Positions 63,001 to 64,000 of a stretch of DNA of 64,000 nucleotides are shown here, one piece after another. Below the pieces are notes generated by a model. It searched no databases, was not told the DNA's origin, and worked only from the letters and a program-made list of their open reading frames with translations. The translations under genes and the position numbers were made by a program. The DNA lies in NCBI GenBank assembly GCA_973895155.1, contig OZ316891.1, positions 31,503,112 to 31,567,111 of the forward strand, given 5' to 3'. Within the stretch, counting starts at the first letter, position 1, and every line of letters starts with the position of its first letter. The stretch is from Marsupella aquatica. Its lineage: Eukaryota > Plantae > Marchantiophyta.

Positions 63001-64000
63001 CATAAACCACATCCGCAAGAATACTGGTAAGCCACTACTCACCAAACCGACGATTATCCATGAAGATAACAAAGCTTGCGTGGACCAAATCAATGCAGGA
63101 TATATGAAGACAGACCGCACGAAGCATATCGACCCAAAATTTTTCTTTACCCATGAACAGATAGGGCAGCACATCAATGTGCACTGGAAGAGCTCCCAGG
63201 AGAACTGTGCTGATCTATTCACGAAGCCATTACCCGCCAGCCTCCATCGAAAGCACGTAGCAGCGATCGGCATGACAAGATTGTCGACATTGCGCCCGCC
63301 CGTCGACACACAAACGAGAGAAACTCCACAGTTTGAATGAGCAGCTCGAGCCGACAGACGACAGCCGACTCGACGACGATGCAACCTAAAACTTTCATTC
63401 CTGTATACATAGACAGAATACGATTTCTCATACCAATACAAGATAGAATAATTATTATCGTAAACACCCCATTTAAACTAAGGGGAAGTAGTTTTAGTAA
63501 TAGGGGACCCAAATTAAACTTTACATTTGGACAAATTATAAGGTAGACTCACCTTAGTGCAAATTTAAGAAAATCCTACTAATGGTGGCTAGAACCCTTT
63601 TTCCTTATGAAGAAAGCAGAAGGTTTTAATGGGGCAGCACCAAAAATAAACATAGGGTTAGTAGTGTGGTGATTTTATACCCCTAAACTCTCCAAGGGGA
63701 AGTGTTGTAACCATTTACTCTAGACCATGGTTAACCCCTAACCCTATCCTGAAGGGGTAACATGGGTTAACACCAACCCCAACATGTAACCCTATGGTGA
63801 CTATATAAGTCACACCCATAATGGAACACAACAGCGAGTTGCAAGTCTCTCCATTGTCACACAACACAAAATTATTAATTGACATAGAAGACAGTGAGGG
63901 TTGTGTATTCACTCCCTGCAAAGCAATTTGATAAGGAAATTAGCCTGGTACATCAAGACATACCTGGGAGGGGTTGCTTGTCGGTGCCGGTGCTGCTACT
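60042..64000 (-). CDS. 3' part of a Pro/Ala-rich multi-exon gene (probable MULE accessory gene), with a copia inserted in an intron
   Basis: Minus-strand exons: window end to 63964, 61031-60942, 60825-60568, 60472-~60391 and ~60370-60042, separated by mutually similar GT-AG introns. The last junction is irregular. Confidence 0.55.
61664..61897 (+). CDS. Truncated gag N-terminus
   Basis: L.F.AL...GNNYLTW..D copia gag start; it ends at a TAA inside the telomeric filler. Confidence 0.8.
   Translation: MATLEKLHFPALLADGNNYLTWSIDVETYFASIQLEDTLITDDNLTLQQKAKAVFLLRQHLTPSLKTQYMSDLKPKP
61907..63340 (+). CDS. C-terminal half of copia RT plus RNase H
   Basis: LYGVLDSEIYM, YVDD, TRPDISFAV, EDNKAC and ADLFTK motifs. 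Confidence 0.92.
   Translation, partial: LYGVLDSEIYMKAPKELLERVVEHIQGKNIHTLSQDMKSGLRQIVPDDDIKGLVLSSGNTLKEPLQYPGKYGTGQQAFAVQVLKSINGLKQSGRIWYQTFKTKMQTLGFINDDLAPCIFIKHLAPEFVILALYVDDVNLFGTPKLLKQTINTMKGIFEMKELGEPTYCLGLQFDHLPQGMFISQSTYTKKILRQFNMQNAYSVSTPMEMRSLDTTKDMFRRRQENEPLLDADKPYLSAIGALLYLANNTRPDISFAVSLLARHSAQPTIRHWNGIKRLFRYLQGSMDMGLYFANDNPDELQGYADTGYLSDPHDSKSQTGYVFLQGNTAISWRSTKQTLTTTSSNHSEVIALYEATREALWLRNIINHIRKNTGKPLLTKPTIIHEDNKACVDQINAGYMKTDRTKHIDPKFFFTHEQIGQHINVHWKSSQENCADLFTKPLPASLHRKHVAAIGMTRLSTLRPPVDTQTRETPQFE

Larger units (their letters stand above)
61047..63866 (+). mobile_element. Ty1/copia LTR retrotransposon, Bianca-type, internally deleted (2820 bp)
   Basis: 164-bp TG..CA LTRs at 61047-61210 and 63703-63866, identical by eye; TSD CAAAA; PBS CGTTATCAGCACG (61211-61223); PPT caaggggaag. 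Bianca-type motifs GLKQSGR.WY, GYLSDPH, SSNHSE and KHIDPKFFFTH. Confidence 0.96.
51034..64000 (+). mobile_element. Large Mutator-like element (MULE); right end probably beyond the window
   Basis: Begins GAGGGATATGCTCAATAGACCCC exactly where the host repeat breaks off and encodes a MuDRA-type transposase. The host repeat does not resume inside the window. Confidence 0.7.

Overview
Eukaryotic, TE-rich land-plant DNA, most consistent with a bryophyte (moss-like PLS-DYW proteins, GT-AG introns, plant telomere repeat). From 5' to 3': the 3' part of a CRE-like (RT + restriction-like endonuclease) non-LTR retrotransposon; a complete 12-exon ubiquitin-activating E1 gene (1106 aa) with a non-plant-type catalytic-Cys motif and a degenerate ATP-binding motif; two convergent PPR-DYW RNA-editing paralogues from an inverted duplication that differ by exactly four PLS triplets; ARM-repeat and CACTA remnants; an intact non-autonomous CACTA foldback element; LTR debris; and a large MULE with a transposase carrying one premature stop. 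The probable MULE interior also holds a CGGGTT motif array, a stand-alone RNase H1 hybrid-binding-domain ORF and a gene built from duplicated exon-intron units. That gene is interrupted by a young Bianca-type Ty1/copia whose internal deletion is filled with telomere repeats. All calls are by eye; no searches were run.
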